A DNA stretch of 48,813 nucleotides from a virus (Duplodnaviria > Heunggongvirae > Uroviricota > Caudoviricetes): positions 1 to 48,813 of the IMG/VR virus record IMGVR_UViG_2718218305_000005. One strand, given 5' to 3'. The translations under genes were made by a program, and so were the position numbers. A model generated the notes under the pieces. The model saw only the letters and a program-made list of their open reading frames with translations. It was not told where the DNA came from and did no database searches. Below, piece by piece: positions 26,613-37,804 of this stretch (its first letter is position 1; each line of letters starts with the position of its first letter).

Positions 26613-28117
26613 TGGCGATTAGCGATGATGTGATTGGTTTTTTCTCGCCCGGCTGGAAAGCAGCGCGATTACGCTCAAGGGCGTTAATTATGGCCTATGA
26701 GGCCGTGAAACCCACCAGGACGCATAAAGCACGCCGGGAAAACCGTTCTGCCGATCAGCTCAGTAAATACGGTGCGGTTTCCCTTCGGGAGCAGGCCCGC
26801 TTTCTGGATATCAATCATGACCTGGTGATAGGCGTGTTTGACAAGCTGGAGGAGCGGGTGATTGGTGCGAAGGGGATCACCGTTGAGCCTAATCCGGTGA
26901 TGAAAAACGGGGAGATTGCGGCGGAGCTGGCAGCGGATATCCGGCGGCTGTGGGCAGAATGGTCTGTCAGTCCGGATGTGACCGGACAGTACACCCGTCC
27001 CATGCTCGAACGCCTGTTACTGCGTACCTGGCTGCGTGACGGGGAGGTGTTTGCGCAGATGGTCAGTGGTGCGGCAAACGGTCTTAAGCGGTCTGCCGGT
27101 GTGCCTTTCTGGCTTGAGGCGATGGAGCCGGATTTTGTGCCCATGCGCAGTGATGAGTCTGCCGGACTGAATCAGGGCGTTTTTCTGGATGAGTGGGGGA
27201 GGCCGAAAAAATATCTGGTTTACAAAAATTATCCGGTTTCCGGGATACAGAGTGATACCAAAGAGATCGCCGCAGACAAAATGGTGCATCTGAAATTCAC
27301 CCGCCGCCTGCACCAGACGCGTGGTGCGTCCATGTTGTCCGGTGTGATGGTGCGTATCAGTGCGCTTAAGGAATATGAAGATGCCGAACTGACAGCGGCG
27401 CGTATTGCTGCGGCGCTGGGGCTGTATATCCGTAAGGGGGATGGACAGGATTACGACGATCAGGGAGCAGACAAAAAAGAAGAGCGGGAAGTGCATATCA
27501 CCCCGGGCATTATCTATGACGATTTGCGCAAGGGTGAGGATATCGGCATGGTCAAATCCGACCGTCCTAATCCAAATCTTGAAAATTTTCGTAATGGTCA
27601 GTTGCGTGCGGTGGCTGCAGGCAGTCGTCTGAGCTTTTCCAGTACCGCACGCAACTACAATGGCACCTACAGTTCACAGCGGCAGGAGCTGGTCGAGTCC
27701 ACCGACGGTTACCTTATCCTGCAGGACTGCTTTATTGGCGCGGTAACCCGCCCGGTGTACCGTGCATGGCTGAATATGGTGGTTGCTGCCGGTCTGCTGA
27801 AAATCCCGTCTTGCCTGGATATGAAGACGTTATATAACGCGACATATTCAGGTCCGGTGATGCCGTGGATAGATCCGGTTAAGGAGGCTGAAGCCTGGCG
27901 GATACAGATCCGGGGTGGTGCCGCAACGGAATCCGACTGGGTACGTGCCGGCGGACGTCATCCGGATGAGGTTAAACGTCGCCGCAAGGCTGAAATTGAT
28001 GAAAACAGCAGACTGGGGCTGGTCTTTGATACTGACCCCGTCAACGACAAAGGAGGCAACAGTGCCGGAACTGAACGACAGCGTCAACAGGCCACCGACA
28101 GCCAGCATGAAGAATAA
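26612..28117 (+). CDS. Portal protein (gpB-like)
   Basis: 501-aa ORF downstream of terminase and W; start overlaps the W stop. Confidence 0.9.
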   Translation: MAISDDVIGFFSPGWKAARLRSRALIMAYEAVKPTRTHKARRENRSADQLSKYGAVSLREQARFLDINHDLVIGVFDKLEERVIGAKGITVEPNPVMKNGEIAAELAADIRRLWAEWSVSPDVTGQYTRPMLERLLLRTWLRDGEVFAQMVSGAANGLKRSAGVPFWLEAMEPDFVPMRSDESAGLNQGVFLDEWGRPKKYLVYKNYPVSGIQSDTKEIAADKMVHLKFTRRLHQTRGASMLSGVMVRISALKEYEDAELTAARIAAALGLYIRKGDGQDYDDQGADKKEEREVHITPGIIYDDLRKGEDIGMVKSDRPNPNLENFRNGQLRAVAAGSRLSFSSTARNYNGTYSSQRQELVESTDGYLILQDCFIGAVTRPVYRAWLNMVVAAGLLKIPSCLDMKTLYNATYSGPVMPWIDPVKEAEAWRIQIRGGAATESDWVRAGGRHPDEVKRRRKAEIDENSRLGLVFDTDPVNDKGGNSAGTERQRQQATDSQHEE

Positions 28118-30086
28118 ATCCTGGTTCAGGATGCAGGCTGGGGAGCCGGGTGACGCGGATATTTATATTTATGACGAGATTGGTTTCTGGGGAGTTACCG
28201 CGAAGCAGTTTGTCTGCGATCTGAATGCTCTGGGTGATATCACCCACATTAATCTCCATATCAACTCACCGGGTGGCGATGTCTTTGAAGGCATCGCCAT
28301 TTTTAATGCCCTGAAAAATGAGGGGGCGACCATTACCGTGTATGTGGATGGCGTTGCCGCATCGATGGCATCTGTGATTGCGATGGCCGGTGATACGGTC
28401 ATTATGCCGGAAAATGCTTTCATGATGATCCATAAGCCATGGGGTTTCAGTGGGGGGGATGCTGAGGATATGCGCAGTTATGCCGATCTGCTGGATAAAG
28501 TCGAATCGGTACTGTTGCCAGCCTATGCGCAAAAAACAGGAAAAACCACCGATGAAATTGCCGCCATGCTGGCGGATGAGACCTGGATGTCAGGTGCCGA
28601 GTGTCTGGCACACGGATTTGCTGACCAGGTGACGCCAGCCGTTAAGGCAATGGCATGTATTCAGTCAAAACGTACAGAGGAATTTAAAAAGATGCCGGAA
28701 TCCATCCGAAACATGATTACTCCGCCACGCAACAGTGCCCCGCGTGATACCACAGTGACAATCCCTGCACCGGCGGTAACAGAACCATCACCGGTACCGG
28801 CAGTGTCTGATGAGGCGACCATTCGCGCCCGCGTTATGGCTGAGCAGAAAGCCCGCATGTCAGGCATTAACGATCTGTTTGCCATGTTCGGCGGTCGCTA
28901 TCAGACGCTTCAGGCACAGTGCGTGGCTGATCCTGACTGTTCGCTGGAAATGGCCCGTGAACGTCTGCTGAATGAAATGGGCAAGGAGTCCTCGCCGACC
29001 AACAAAAACACACCGGCCCATATTTATGCCGGAAACGGCAATTTTGTGGGAGACGGGATCCGCCAGGCGATGCTGGCCCGTGCCGGATTTGAAAATGTCG
29101 AGAAGGATAACGCCTATAACGGGATGACCCTGCGTGAATGGGCTCGCATGTCACTGACGGAGCGCGGTATTGGGGTGGCCAGTTATAACCCCATGCAGAT
29201 GGTCGGGCTGGCGCTGACGCACAGCACCTCTGATTTTGGCAATATTCTGCTGGATGTGTCGAACAAGGGGCTGATCCAGGGCTGGGAGGAATCAGAAGAA
29301 ACCTTCCAGAAGTGGACCCGTAAGGGACGCCTGTCAGACTTCAAAACAGCGTATCGCGTGGGGATGGGCGGTTTTGGTTCTCTGCGCCAGGTTCGTGAGG
29401 GGGCGGAGTATAAATACATCACCACCTCAGATCGCAAGGAGACCATTGCGCTGGCCACTTACGGGGAGATTTTCTCCATCACCCGCCAGGCCATTATCAA
29501 TGATGATCTGAATATGCTGGTGGACGTGCCGATGAAGATGGGGCGTGCGGCGAAGGCAACGATTGGTGACCTGGTCTACAAGGTGCTGACGGATAACCCG
29601 AAACTGTCCGACGGTAAGGCGCTGTTCCATGCCGATCACAAAAATATTGCCACCGGGGGGATCTCCGTTTCCGGACTGGATGCGGCCCGTCAGATGATGC
29701 GCCTGCAGAAAGAAGGCGATCGTGCCCTGAATATCCGCCCGGCCTTTATGCTGGTACCGGTGGCACTGGAGACGGTGGCGAACCAGACCATCAAATCGGC
29801 CAGTGTGAAAGGGGCGGATGCAAACGCCGGTGTCATTAACCCCATCCAGAACTTTGCTGAGGTGATTGCAGAAGCGCGTCTTGATGCGGCAGATCCGAAA
29901 ACCTGGTATCTGGCGGCGGCACAGGGCACCGACACCATTGAAGTGGCCTGGCTGGATGGGGTGGACACGCCATACATTGACCAGCAGGAAGGTTTCACCA
30001 CTGACGGCATTGCCACAAAAATCCGTATTGATGCCGGTGTGGCACCGCTTGACTGGCGCGGACTGGTGCGTTCGTCGGTGGCCTGA
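28062..30086 (+). CDS. Fused head-maturation protease (ClpP/S49-like) and major capsid protein
   Basis: N-terminal peptidase motifs (INSPGGDV...GVAASMASVIAMAGDTVIM) and long C-terminal capsid-like region in one 674-aa ORF; GTG start after AGGAGG. Confidence 0.8.
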   Translation: MPELNDSVNRPPTASMKNKSWFRMQAGEPGDADIYIYDEIGFWGVTAKQFVCDLNALGDITHINLHINSPGGDVFEGIAIFNALKNEGATITVYVDGVAASMASVIAMAGDTVIMPENAFMMIHKPWGFSGGDAEDMRSYADLLDKVESVLLPAYAQKTGKTTDEIAAMLADETWMSGAECLAHGFADQVTPAVKAMACIQSKRTEEFKKMPESIRNMITPPRNSAPRDTTVTIPAPAVTEPSPVPAVSDEATIRARVMAEQKARMSGINDLFAMFGGRYQTLQAQCVADPDCSLEMARERLLNEMGKESSPTNKNTPAHIYAGNGNFVGDGIRQAMLARAGFENVEKDNAYNGMTLREWARMSLTERGIGVASYNPMQMVGLALTHSTSDFGNILLDVSNKGLIQGWEESEETFQKWTRKGRLSDFKTAYRVGMGGFGSLRQVREGAEYKYITTSDRKETIALATYGEIFSITRQAIINDDLNMLVDVPMKMGRAAKATIGDLVYKVLTDNPKLSDGKALFHADHKNIATGGISVSGLDAARQMMRLQKEGDRALNIRPAFMLVPVALETVANQTIKSASVKGADANAGVINPIQNFAEVIAEARLDAADPKTWYLAAAQGTDTIEVAWLDGVDTPYIDQQEGFTTDGIATKIRIDAGVAPLDWRGLVRSSVA

Positions 30087-30173
30087 TAACCGCGTTATCA
30101 CAATCACTGCCCGAAAGGGCTTTTTTTATGCCTGAAAAACAGCCCCACAGGGGCTGTCCGGAGAAACAGCATT

Positions 30174-30500
30174 ATGGCGAAAAATTTTGTACAGGACGGC
30201 ACCACCATTGAGCTGGTGAATGCCGGAGATCAGACCATCCTGAGCGGTGCTGCGGTGGTGGTCGGCAGTATGGTGGCCGTGGCCATTACCGATATTCCTG
30301 CCGGTGAGGCCGGTGACGGTTTTGCCGAAGGCGTGTTCCTGCTGCCCAAACAGTCTGCTGACGACATTCAGTCCGGCGCGGTGGTTTATCTGAAGGACGG
30401 GGTTGTGCAGCTGGCTGCAGACGGTGCGGTGGCAGCGGGGGTAGCCTGGGAAAATGCCCCTGCAAACAGCGCCACTGTGGCGGTAAAAATCAATGTCTGA
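30174..30500 (+). CDS. Head decoration / DUF2190-like protein
   Basis: 108-aa Ala/Gly/Val-rich protein directly after the capsid gene. Confidence 0.55.
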   Translation: MAKNFVQDGTTIELVNAGDQTILSGAAVVVGSMVAVAITDIPAGEAGDGFAEGVFLLPKQSADDIQSGAVVYLKDGVVQLAADGAVAAGVAWENAPANSATVAVKINV

Positions 30501-30774
30501 TCTGTTTACGCGAATGTGTTGCCGGATGGACGTGGCGACCGTTCGGGTGATGGGCAAACAGGCGGAGATTAACGGCGTCGTGTACGACGTGATGCCGGAG
30601 GAAGAGTCCGCGGAGATGGGGGCGCTTTCGGGCAGCCAGTTGTCACTGGTGGTGTTTTCAGCCCGGTACCGTCCGGCCCGTCATGATGTTGTTGTGTTTG
30701 CGGGGCGCACACTGACGGTGACCCGTTATGACACGTACAACGGTAAACCCCGGATTTTTGTCGAACAGGAATGA
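30493..30774 (+). CDS. Head-tail connector / head completion protein
   Basis: 93-aa ORF in the head-tail joining cluster; starts and stops overlap neighbours. Confidence 0.55.
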   Translation: MSDLFTRMCCRMDVATVRVMGKQAEINGVVYDVMPEEESAEMGALSGSQLSLVVFSARYRPARHDVVVFAGRTLTVTRYDTYNGKPRIFVEQE

Positions 30775-31400
30775 GTATGGCAATAAAAGGTCTGGCGCAG
30801 GCCATGAAAAATCTGGATGCAATTGATCGCCGTGCCGTTCCCCGGGCCTCTGCCACGACACTGAACCGCGTGGCGGGGGCCATTATTGCGAAAACGGCCT
30901 CTTCAGTTGCCAGGGAGCTGGCCGTTCCCCGTCGTCTTATCCGTGCCCGCATCCGGTTAAGTCCGGCACGACCGGATAAGGTTTACGCAAAGGTTTACAT
31001 CAATACCGGCAACCTGCCCGCCATCAAACTGGGGGAGGCCCGCGTTCGACTTTCCCGCAGAAAACGGAGAAAGAAAGGACAGCGTGCGGCCCTGAAAGGG
31101 GGCGGCAGTGTGCTGATTGTGGGGAAAAGACGGATCCCGGACGCCTTTATCACCCGGCTGGCTAACGGACGCTGGCATGTGATGCAGCGTATGCCGTGGG
31201 CATCATCATCCACCGGCGCGGACAGCAAAGGGAGGCCGAAACGCCACCGTCTGCCGATCGAAGTGGTGAAGATTACGACTGCCGGACCGCTGGCAGAAAC
31301 CTTTGAACGTGAACGGGACCGGATGTACCGGGAAAAATTACCGGCGCAGATGATGAAAGCCATGACGCATCAGTTACGCCTGGTGCTGAAAAGAAAATGA
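30771..31400 (+). CDS. Tail completion protein (gpZ-like)
   Basis: 209-aa basic protein between head-completion and gpU genes. Confidence 0.55.
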   Translation: MSMAIKGLAQAMKNLDAIDRRAVPRASATTLNRVAGAIIAKTASSVARELAVPRRLIRARIRLSPARPDKVYAKVYINTGNLPAIKLGEARVRLSRRKRRKKGQRAALKGGGSVLIVGKRRIPDAFITRLANGRWHVMQRMPWASSSTGADSKGRPKRHRLPIEVVKITTAGPLAETFERERDRMYREKLPAQMMKAMTHQLRLVLKRK

Positions 31401-31412
31401 CTGGGAGGGTGT

Positions 31413-31811
31413 ATGAAACACCGTGAAATACGGGCGGCAGTTCTGTCTGCCCTGAAAGAAAATATTTCTGAGAGGGTGAGCTGGTTTGACGGTCGCCCGG
31501 TTTTTATTGATGAACAGGAACTGCCTGCTGTTGCTGTTTACCTGACAGATGCGTCTGCTGCTGACGAGTTCGTTGATGAGGGAACCTGGGAGGCGACACT
31601 GCATATTGAGGTTTTTCTCAGGGCAAAAGAACCGGACTCGGCACTGGATATGTGGATGGAAGAAAAAATTCTTCCTGCGCTGGAGGCAGTTCCCGGGCTC
31701 AGTGCATTACTGCTGAAGATGAATCTTCAGGGGTATGACTACCGCCGGGATGATGAGTTTATGATGTGGGGATCGGCAGATCTCCTGTGGAAAATTACCT
31801 ACGAGATGTGA
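31413..31811 (+). CDS. Tail terminator protein gpU
   Basis: 132-aa [14 protein letters not shown]...[25 protein letters not shown] closely resembles recalled lambda U. Confidence 0.85.
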   Translation: MKHREIRAAVLSALKENISERVSWFDGRPVFIDEQELPAVAVYLTDASAADEFVDEGTWEATLHIEVFLRAKEPDSALDMWMEEKILPALEAVPGLSALLLKMNLQGYDYRRDDEFMMWGSADLLWKITYEM

Positions 31812-31818
31812 GGACGAT

Positions 31819-32571
31819 ATGGCAACACCAAATCCCCTTGAGCCGGTAAAAGGTGCCGGTACCACTCTGTGGGTTTACAACGGCAAGGGTGATGCTTATG
31901 CAAACCCGTTGTCAGACGATGACTGGCAGCGACTGGCTAAGGTGAAGGATCTGACGCCGGGCGAGATGACGGCAGAACCCTACGATGATAACTACCTGGA
32001 TGATGAAGACGCGGACTGGACCGCGACCGGGCAGGGGCAGAAGTCTGCAGGAGATACCAGTTTTACGCTGGCCTGGAAACCGGGAGAAGAAGGTCAGAAA
32101 GGGCTTATAGGCTGGTTTGAAAGCGGGGATGTGCGGGCCTATAAAATCCGTTTCCCAAATGGCACGGTGGATGTGTTCCGTGGCTGGGTCAGCAGTATCG
32201 GTAAGGCCGTGACGGCGAAAGAAGTGATCACCCGCACGGTGAAAGTCACTAACGTGGGCAAACCTTCCGTGGCGGAAGAACGCAGCGAAATTACGCCGGC
32301 CACTGCAATTAAGGTGACACCGACATCCGGTACGGTGGCAAAAGGGAAAACAACCACCCTGACTGTTTCTTTTGAGCCGGAAAGTGCAACCGACAAGACG
32401 TTCAGAGCGGTTTCCGCCGATCCGTCGAAAGCCATCATTAGTGTGAAAGATATGACAATTACGGTAAACGGCGTGGCGACAGGTAAGGTGCAGATCCCTG
32501 TGGTGAGCGGAAATGGTCAGTTCGCCGCAGTGGCTGAAGTCACCGTTACTGAAGCGGGCGCAGCAGGGTAA
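31819..32571 (+). CDS. Major tail protein gpV (with C-terminal Ig-like domain)
   Basis: [33 protein letters not shown]... closely resembles recalled lambda V. Confidence 0.9.
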   Translation: MATPNPLEPVKGAGTTLWVYNGKGDAYANPLSDDDWQRLAKVKDLTPGEMTAEPYDDNYLDDEDADWTATGQGQKSAGDTSFTLAWKPGEEGQKGLIGWFESGDVRAYKIRFPNGTVDVFRGWVSSIGKAVTAKEVITRTVKVTNVGKPSVAEERSEITPATAIKVTPTSGTVAKGKTTTLTVSFEPESATDKTFRAVSADPSKAIISVKDMTITVNGVATGKVQIPVVSGNGQFAAVAEVTVTEAGAAG

Positions 32572-32584
32572 ACGGAGGTAATAC

Positions 32585-33007
32585 ATGTTTCTGAAAACAG
32601 AACAATTTGAATATAACGGTGTGTCCGTCACGCTGTCGGAGCTGTCTGCGCTGCAGCGGTTTGATTATATGAAGTTTGTTTCAGACGCAGCACAACAGAA
32701 GACAACGGAGCATAATGCCGTGCACATTAACCAGCGATATCTGGAAACGGCATCCCTGCTTGTGGCGATGTCGCTATGGCATTCCCATTCCCTCAAAGGC
32801 ACTCTGGCCTCTCCGGAGACAGAGATGCAGCAGATCCGCCGTGAAGTGATGCTGGGATGGCCTGCTGATGCACTGAATCAGGCAACGAACCGGGTGCTTT
32901 ATCTTTCAGGTATGCTGGATAACCGGCACGATGCCGATCCTGAACCAACCGGGAAAACAGAAGCGACTGAGCCGGTAACATCAAAAAAGCATTCGAAGGC
33001 GAGCTGA
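32585..33007 (+). CDS. Tail assembly chaperone gpG
   Basis: MFLKTEQFEYNGVSVTLSELSALQR... resembles recalled lambda G. Confidence 0.85.
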   Translation: MFLKTEQFEYNGVSVTLSELSALQRFDYMKFVSDAAQQKTTEHNAVHINQRYLETASLLVAMSLWHSHSLKGTLASPETEMQQIRREVMLGWPADALNQATNRVLYLSGMLDNRHDADPEPTGKTEATEPVTSKKHSKAS

Positions 33008-33342
33008 ACTTTGTCCTGAAACTGGCGCGTGAGATGGGGAGAGCCGACTGGCGCGCCATGCTTGCCGGGATGACATCCACCGAATATGCCGACTGGCGAC
33101 GTTTTTACTGCACGCATTATTTTCAGGATACCCAGCTGGATATGCATTTTTCCGGGCTGACGTACGCCGTACTCAGCCTGTTTTTTTGCGATCCGGATAT
33201 GCATCCGGCGGATTTCAGCCTGTTCGCTCCGGAGGCAGAGGAAGGGCAGGCGGAGACGCCGGACGAAAATGATGTACTGATGCAGAAGGCGGCGGGCCTC
33301 GCCGGTGGAGTCCGTTTCGGGGAGGAGGGAAGGAGGTTGTGA
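32585..33342 (+). CDS. Tail assembly chaperone G-T fusion made by programmed -1 ribosomal frameshift
   Basis: Slippery heptamer A_AAA_AAG at 32983..32989 near the end of G; the -1 frame continues open to 33342. Confidence 0.65.
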
Positions 33343-33385
33343 CAGTTATTGATGGTATCAGAGGACATTTCAGGAGGTGACCACG

Positions 33386-36092
33386 ATGGCAGGTAATTTT
33401 GCCGATCTGACAGCCGTGCTGACACTGGATTCTGCCCGTTTTTCTGAAGAGGCAGCGCGGGTAAAAAAAGAGCTGGGTGAAACCAGTGCGCTTGCTGATT
33501 TGATGTCCGGGAAAGTCAGTCAGTCTTTCAGAAAACAGGCTGATGCTGCTGAGCAGAGTCTGAGCCGACAGGCGCTGGCTGCACAAAAAGCCGGGATATC
33601 AGTCGGACAGTATAAGGCTGCCATGCGCACACTGCCCGCACAGTTCACGGATATTGTCACTCAGCTTGCCGGTGGTCAGAATCCCTTCCTTATCATGCTG
33701 CAGCAGGGGGGGCAGATCAGCGATTCATTCGGTGGACCGCTCAGCCTGCTTACCCTGCTGAAGGAGGAACTTCTCGGGATCAGGGATGCCTCTGAATCAT
33801 CAGAGGAGTCGCTGTCAGATACGGCAAATGCACTGGCTGAAAATGCCCGGAATGCCGGTGAGCTGGGACGATTTATGTCGGTGGCCCGTGTGGCGGCAGG
33901 TGGCGGGGTTGCCGTACTGGCCGCGCTTGCTGCCGCCGCCTGGCAGGCAGAGCAGGCTGACCGGGCCTTATTGCGTTCACTGACCCTGACCGGAGGGGCT
34001 GCTGCCACCACAACGGCAGAATTGTGGAAAATGGCCGGGGTGATCAGCGATGAAGCCGGTGGTGGTATCAGACAGGCGGCAGAAAATCTGGCCCGTCTGG
34101 CAGAAAGCGGGAAATATACCGCCGGGCAGCTACGGATCATGGGGGAAACCTCTCAGAGATGGCTGCAGACGGTGGGGGACGATGCCGGGAAGGTGGAAAA
34201 AGCCTTTGAAGGGATTGCAGCAGATCCGGTGAAGGCGCTGGCCTCCCTGAATCAGCAGTATAACTTCCTGAGCGTTTCCCAGTTACGCCATATTGATGAG
34301 CTTGAGCGCACGAAAGGTAAACAGGCTGCGGTGACGGAGGCGATGTCCCTGTTTGCGGATGTCATGAATGCACGTCTGGAGCAACTTGATAAAGCGGCCA
34401 CGCCGGTGGAAAAAATCTGGGACGATGTTAAAACCTGGACTTCTGACGCATGGGCATGGATAGGTGATCATACACTGGGGGCACTCAGTCTGATCACTGA
34501 CGTGGTGGCAGGAACCGTTGAACAGGTGAAGCTGCTGCTTGTGCAGGGGGATCTGGCGCTGGCTGAATTTATTCAGTCAGCCTGGGAAACGACAAAGAAT
34601 GTGCCCGGCGTTGGTGCGTTGTTTGGTGAACTGGCAGAAGAGAACCGCGTATTTATTGAGAAAACAAAACGTGATGAACTGGCGCTGAGAAAATCCATTG
34701 CGGAACGGGATGCGCGTATACGCCAGGGGGAAATGGGGTACATCAACCGTTCGCGGTGCAACAGGCGTCAGCAAAGGTCCGGGGCAGCAGGAAGCCGTCA
34801 GCCGTCTGGCTGAAGAGCTGACAGGTAAAAAGCATACATCACCGAAAACGCGCTCTGCCGGGGAGAGGGAAGAGGAGCAGGCAAGAGAGGCTCTGCTTGC
34901 CCTTGAAGCTGAGCTCAGGACGCTGGAAAAACACAGCGGTGCGAATGAGAAAATCAGCCGGCAGCGCCGTGATTTATGGAAGGCGGAAAGTCAGTATGCG
35001 GTCCTGAAAGAGGCTGCCACGAAACGACAGTTATCTGAGCAGGAAAAATCCCTGCTGGCGCATAAAGACGAGACGCTGGAGTACAAACGCCAGCTGGCTG
35101 AGCTGGGCGACAAGGTTGAATACCAGAAACGCCTGAATGAGCTGGCACAGCAGGCGGTGCGGTTTGAAGAGCAGCAGAGCGCGAAGCAGGCCGCCATCAG
35201 CGCAAAAGCCCGCGGTCTCACTGACCGTCAGGCGCAGCGGGAGTCTGAAGCGCAGCGTCTTCGGGACGTGTACGGTGATAATCCGCAGGCGCTGGCCCGG
35301 GTCACCGGGGCACTGAAACAGACATGGGCGGATGAAGACATGCTGCGCGGTGACTGGCTGGCCGGGCTGAAGTCCGGCTGGGGGGAGTGGGCGGAAAGTG
35401 CGACGGACAGTTTTTCGCAGGTTAAAAGTGCTGCCACGCAGACCTTTGACGGTATTGCACAGAATATGGCGGCGATGCTGACCGGTGCAGAGGCAGACTG
35501 GCGGGGATTCACCCGTTCGGTGCTGTCCATGATGACAGAAATCCTGCTTAAACAGGCCATGGTGGGCATTGTCGGGCGTATCGGCAGCGCCATTGGCGGG
35601 GTTGTTGGAGGTGGTGTAACGGCTTCCTCGGGGACGGCCATTGAGGCTGCGGCAGCGAACTTCCATTTTGCGACCGGCGGATTTACGGGAACCGGCGGCA
35701 AATATGAGCCTGCGGGGATAGTTCACCGCGGGGAGTTTGTTTTCACGAAAGAGGCAACCAGCCGGATAGGTGTGGGGAATCTTTACCGTCTGATGCGTGG
35801 CTATGCGGAAGGGGGGTATGTGGGTGGTGCCGGAAGTCCGGCGCAGATGCGGCGGGCGGAAGGTATTAATTTTAATCAGAACAATCACGTGGTGATTCAG
35901 AACGACGGCACCAACGGACAGGCGGGGCCGCAGCTGATGAAGGCGGTGTATGACATGGCCCGCAAGGGGGCGCAGGATGAGATTCAGGCGCAGTTGCGTG
36001 ATGCGGTATGTTATCGGGGAGCGGGCGATGAAAACATTTCGCTGGAAAGTGAAGCCGGATATGGAGGTGAACTCGCAGCCGTCGGTGCGTGA
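33386..36092 (+). pseudogene. Tape measure protein gpH-like, interrupted by a +1 frameshift in a G4 run near 34735
   Basis: Two ORFs (33377..34813 and 34698..36092) together make a lambda-H-sized protein; removing one G from ATGGGG at 34735..34738 joins them seamlessly. Confidence 0.8.
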
Positions 36093-36357
36093 AGTGCGTT
36101 TTGGTGACGGGTACTCACAGCGTATGGCGGCAGGGCTGAATGCTGACCTGAAAACATACCGTGTGACGCTTTCCGTGACCCGGGAGGAGGCCCGGCATCT
36201 GGAAGCGTTCCTGGCAGAGCACGGAGGCTGGAAGGCATTTTTGTGGAAGCCACCCTATGCATACCGGCAGATAAAGGTGACCTGTGCCGCCTGGTCATCA
36301 CGGGTTCGCATGCTGCGGGTTGAATTCAGTGCCGAGTTTAAGCAGGTGGTGAACTGA
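36028..36357 (+). CDS. Minor tail protein gpM
   Basis: MKTFRWKVKPDMEVNSQPSVREVRFGDGYSQR... resembles recalled lambda M. Confidence 0.85.
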   Translation: MKTFRWKVKPDMEVNSQPSVREVRFGDGYSQRMAAGLNADLKTYRVTLSVTREEARHLEAFLAEHGGWKAFLWKPPYAYRQIKVTCAAWSSRVRMLRVEFSAEFKQVVN

Positions 36358-37055
36358 TGCAGGATATTCACGAAGAAAGCCTGAACGAGTCGGTTAAATC
36401 AGAGCAGTCACCGCGGGTGGTGCTCTGGGAAATTGACCTGACGGTGCAGGGCGGTGAGCGGTATTTTTTCTGTAATGAGCTGAATGAAAAAGGGGAGGCG
36501 GTCACCTGGCAGGGGCGGCAATATCAGGTATACCCGATTGACGGCAGCGGTTTTGAGATGAACGGGAAGGGCAGCAGTGCCAGACCGTCGCTGACAGTGT
36601 CCAATCTTTTCGGCCTTGTCACCGGGATGGCGGAGGATTTGCAGAGCCTGGTGGGTGCCACGGTGGTCCGCCGCCGGGTGTATGCGCGTTTTCTGGATGC
36701 GGTGAATTTTGTGGCAGGCAATCCTGAGGCAGACCCGGAGCAGGAGCTGACGGACCGGTGGGTGGTGGAGCAGATGTCATCGCTGACGGCCATGACGGCC
36801 TCGTTTGTGCTGGCGACACCGACGGAGACGGACGGAGCGCTGTTTCCCGGTCGCATCATGCTGGCGAACACCTGTATGTGGGATTACCGGGGAGATGAAT
36901 GCGGGTATAACGGTCCTGCGGTGGCGGATGAGTTCGATAAACCCACCACGGATATCCGGAAGGACAGATGCAGTAAATGCATGCGCGGGTGTGAGATGCG
37001 CGGCATGGTGGCTAATTTTGGCGGTTTCCTTTCCATTAACAAACTTTCGCAGTAA
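36357..37055 (+). CDS. Minor tail protein gpL
   Basis: 232-aa ORF resembling recalled lambda L including the C-terminal Cys cluster. Confidence 0.9.
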   Translation: MQDIHEESLNESVKSEQSPRVVLWEIDLTVQGGERYFFCNELNEKGEAVTWQGRQYQVYPIDGSGFEMNGKGSSARPSLTVSNLFGLVTGMAEDLQSLVGATVVRRRVYARFLDAVNFVAGNPEADPEQELTDRWVVEQMSSLTAMTASFVLATPTETDGALFPGRIMLANTCMWDYRGDECGYNGPAVADEFDKPTTDIRKDRCSKCMRGCEMRGMVANFGGFLSINKLSQ

Positions 37056-37060
37056 ATCCA

Positions 37061-37804
37061 ATGACACAGACAGAATCAGCGATTCTGGCGCATGCCCGGC
37101 GGTGTGCGCCTGCGGAGTCGTGCGGCTTCGTGGTGAGAACGCCGGAGGGGGAGCGGTATATCCCTTGTGTGAATATCTCTGCAGAGCCGGAGGCGTATTT
37201 TCGTATTGCACCGGAAGACTGGCTGTGGGCAGAGATGCAGGGGGAGATTGTGGCACTGGTCCACAGTCATCCCGGTGGTCTGCCCTGGCTGAGCGAGGCG
37301 GACCGGCGGCTGCAGATAAAGAGTGCCCTGCCCTGGTGGCTGGTCTGCCGGGGGGAAATTCACAAATTCCGCTGTGTGCCGCACCTGACCGGGCGTCGTT
37401 TTGAGCACGGGGTGACGGACTGTTACACCCTGTTCCGGGATGCATACCATCTGGCGGGGATAACGCTGCCGGATTTTGTGCGTGAGGATGACTGGTGGCG
37501 CAACGGTCAGAACCTTTACCTGGACAATATGGCGGTCACCGGCTTTTACCGGGTGCCCCTGTCCTCTGCACAGGCGGGCGATATCCTGCTGTGCTGCTTT
37601 GGCGCATCGGTGGCCAATCATGCCGCCATTTACTGCGGCAACGGTGAACTGCTTCACCATCTGCCTGAACAACTGAGTAAACGGGAGAGGTATTCCGAAA
37701 AATGGCAACGACGAACGCATTCTGTCTGGCGTCACCGCCACTGGCACGCATCTGCCTTCACGGGGATTTGCAACGATTTGGCCGCCGCCTCAGCCTGTAT
37801 GTGA
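37061..37804 (+). CDS. Tail assembly protein gpK (NlpC/P60 and JAB/MPN-like)
   Basis: MTQTESAILAHARRCAPAESCGFVV... with HSHPGG motif; its 3' end overlaps gpI by about 100 bp. Confidence 0.85.
   Translation: MTQTESAILAHARRCAPAESCGFVVRTPEGERYIPCVNISAEPEAYFRIAPEDWLWAEMQGEIVALVHSHPGGLPWLSEADRRLQIKSALPWWLVCRGEIHKFRCVPHLTGRRFEHGVTDCYTLFRDAYHLAGITLPDFVREDDWWRNGQNLYLDNMAVTGFYRVPLSSAQAGDILLCCFGASVANHAAIYCGNGELLHHLPEQLSKRERYSEKWQRRTHSVWRHRHWHASAFTGICNDLAAASACM

Noticed and set aside
35031-35888. 285-aa and 157-aa minus-strand ORFs inside the tape measure gene
   Set aside because: Antisense to the tape measure; Arg/Pro-rich low-complexity translations.
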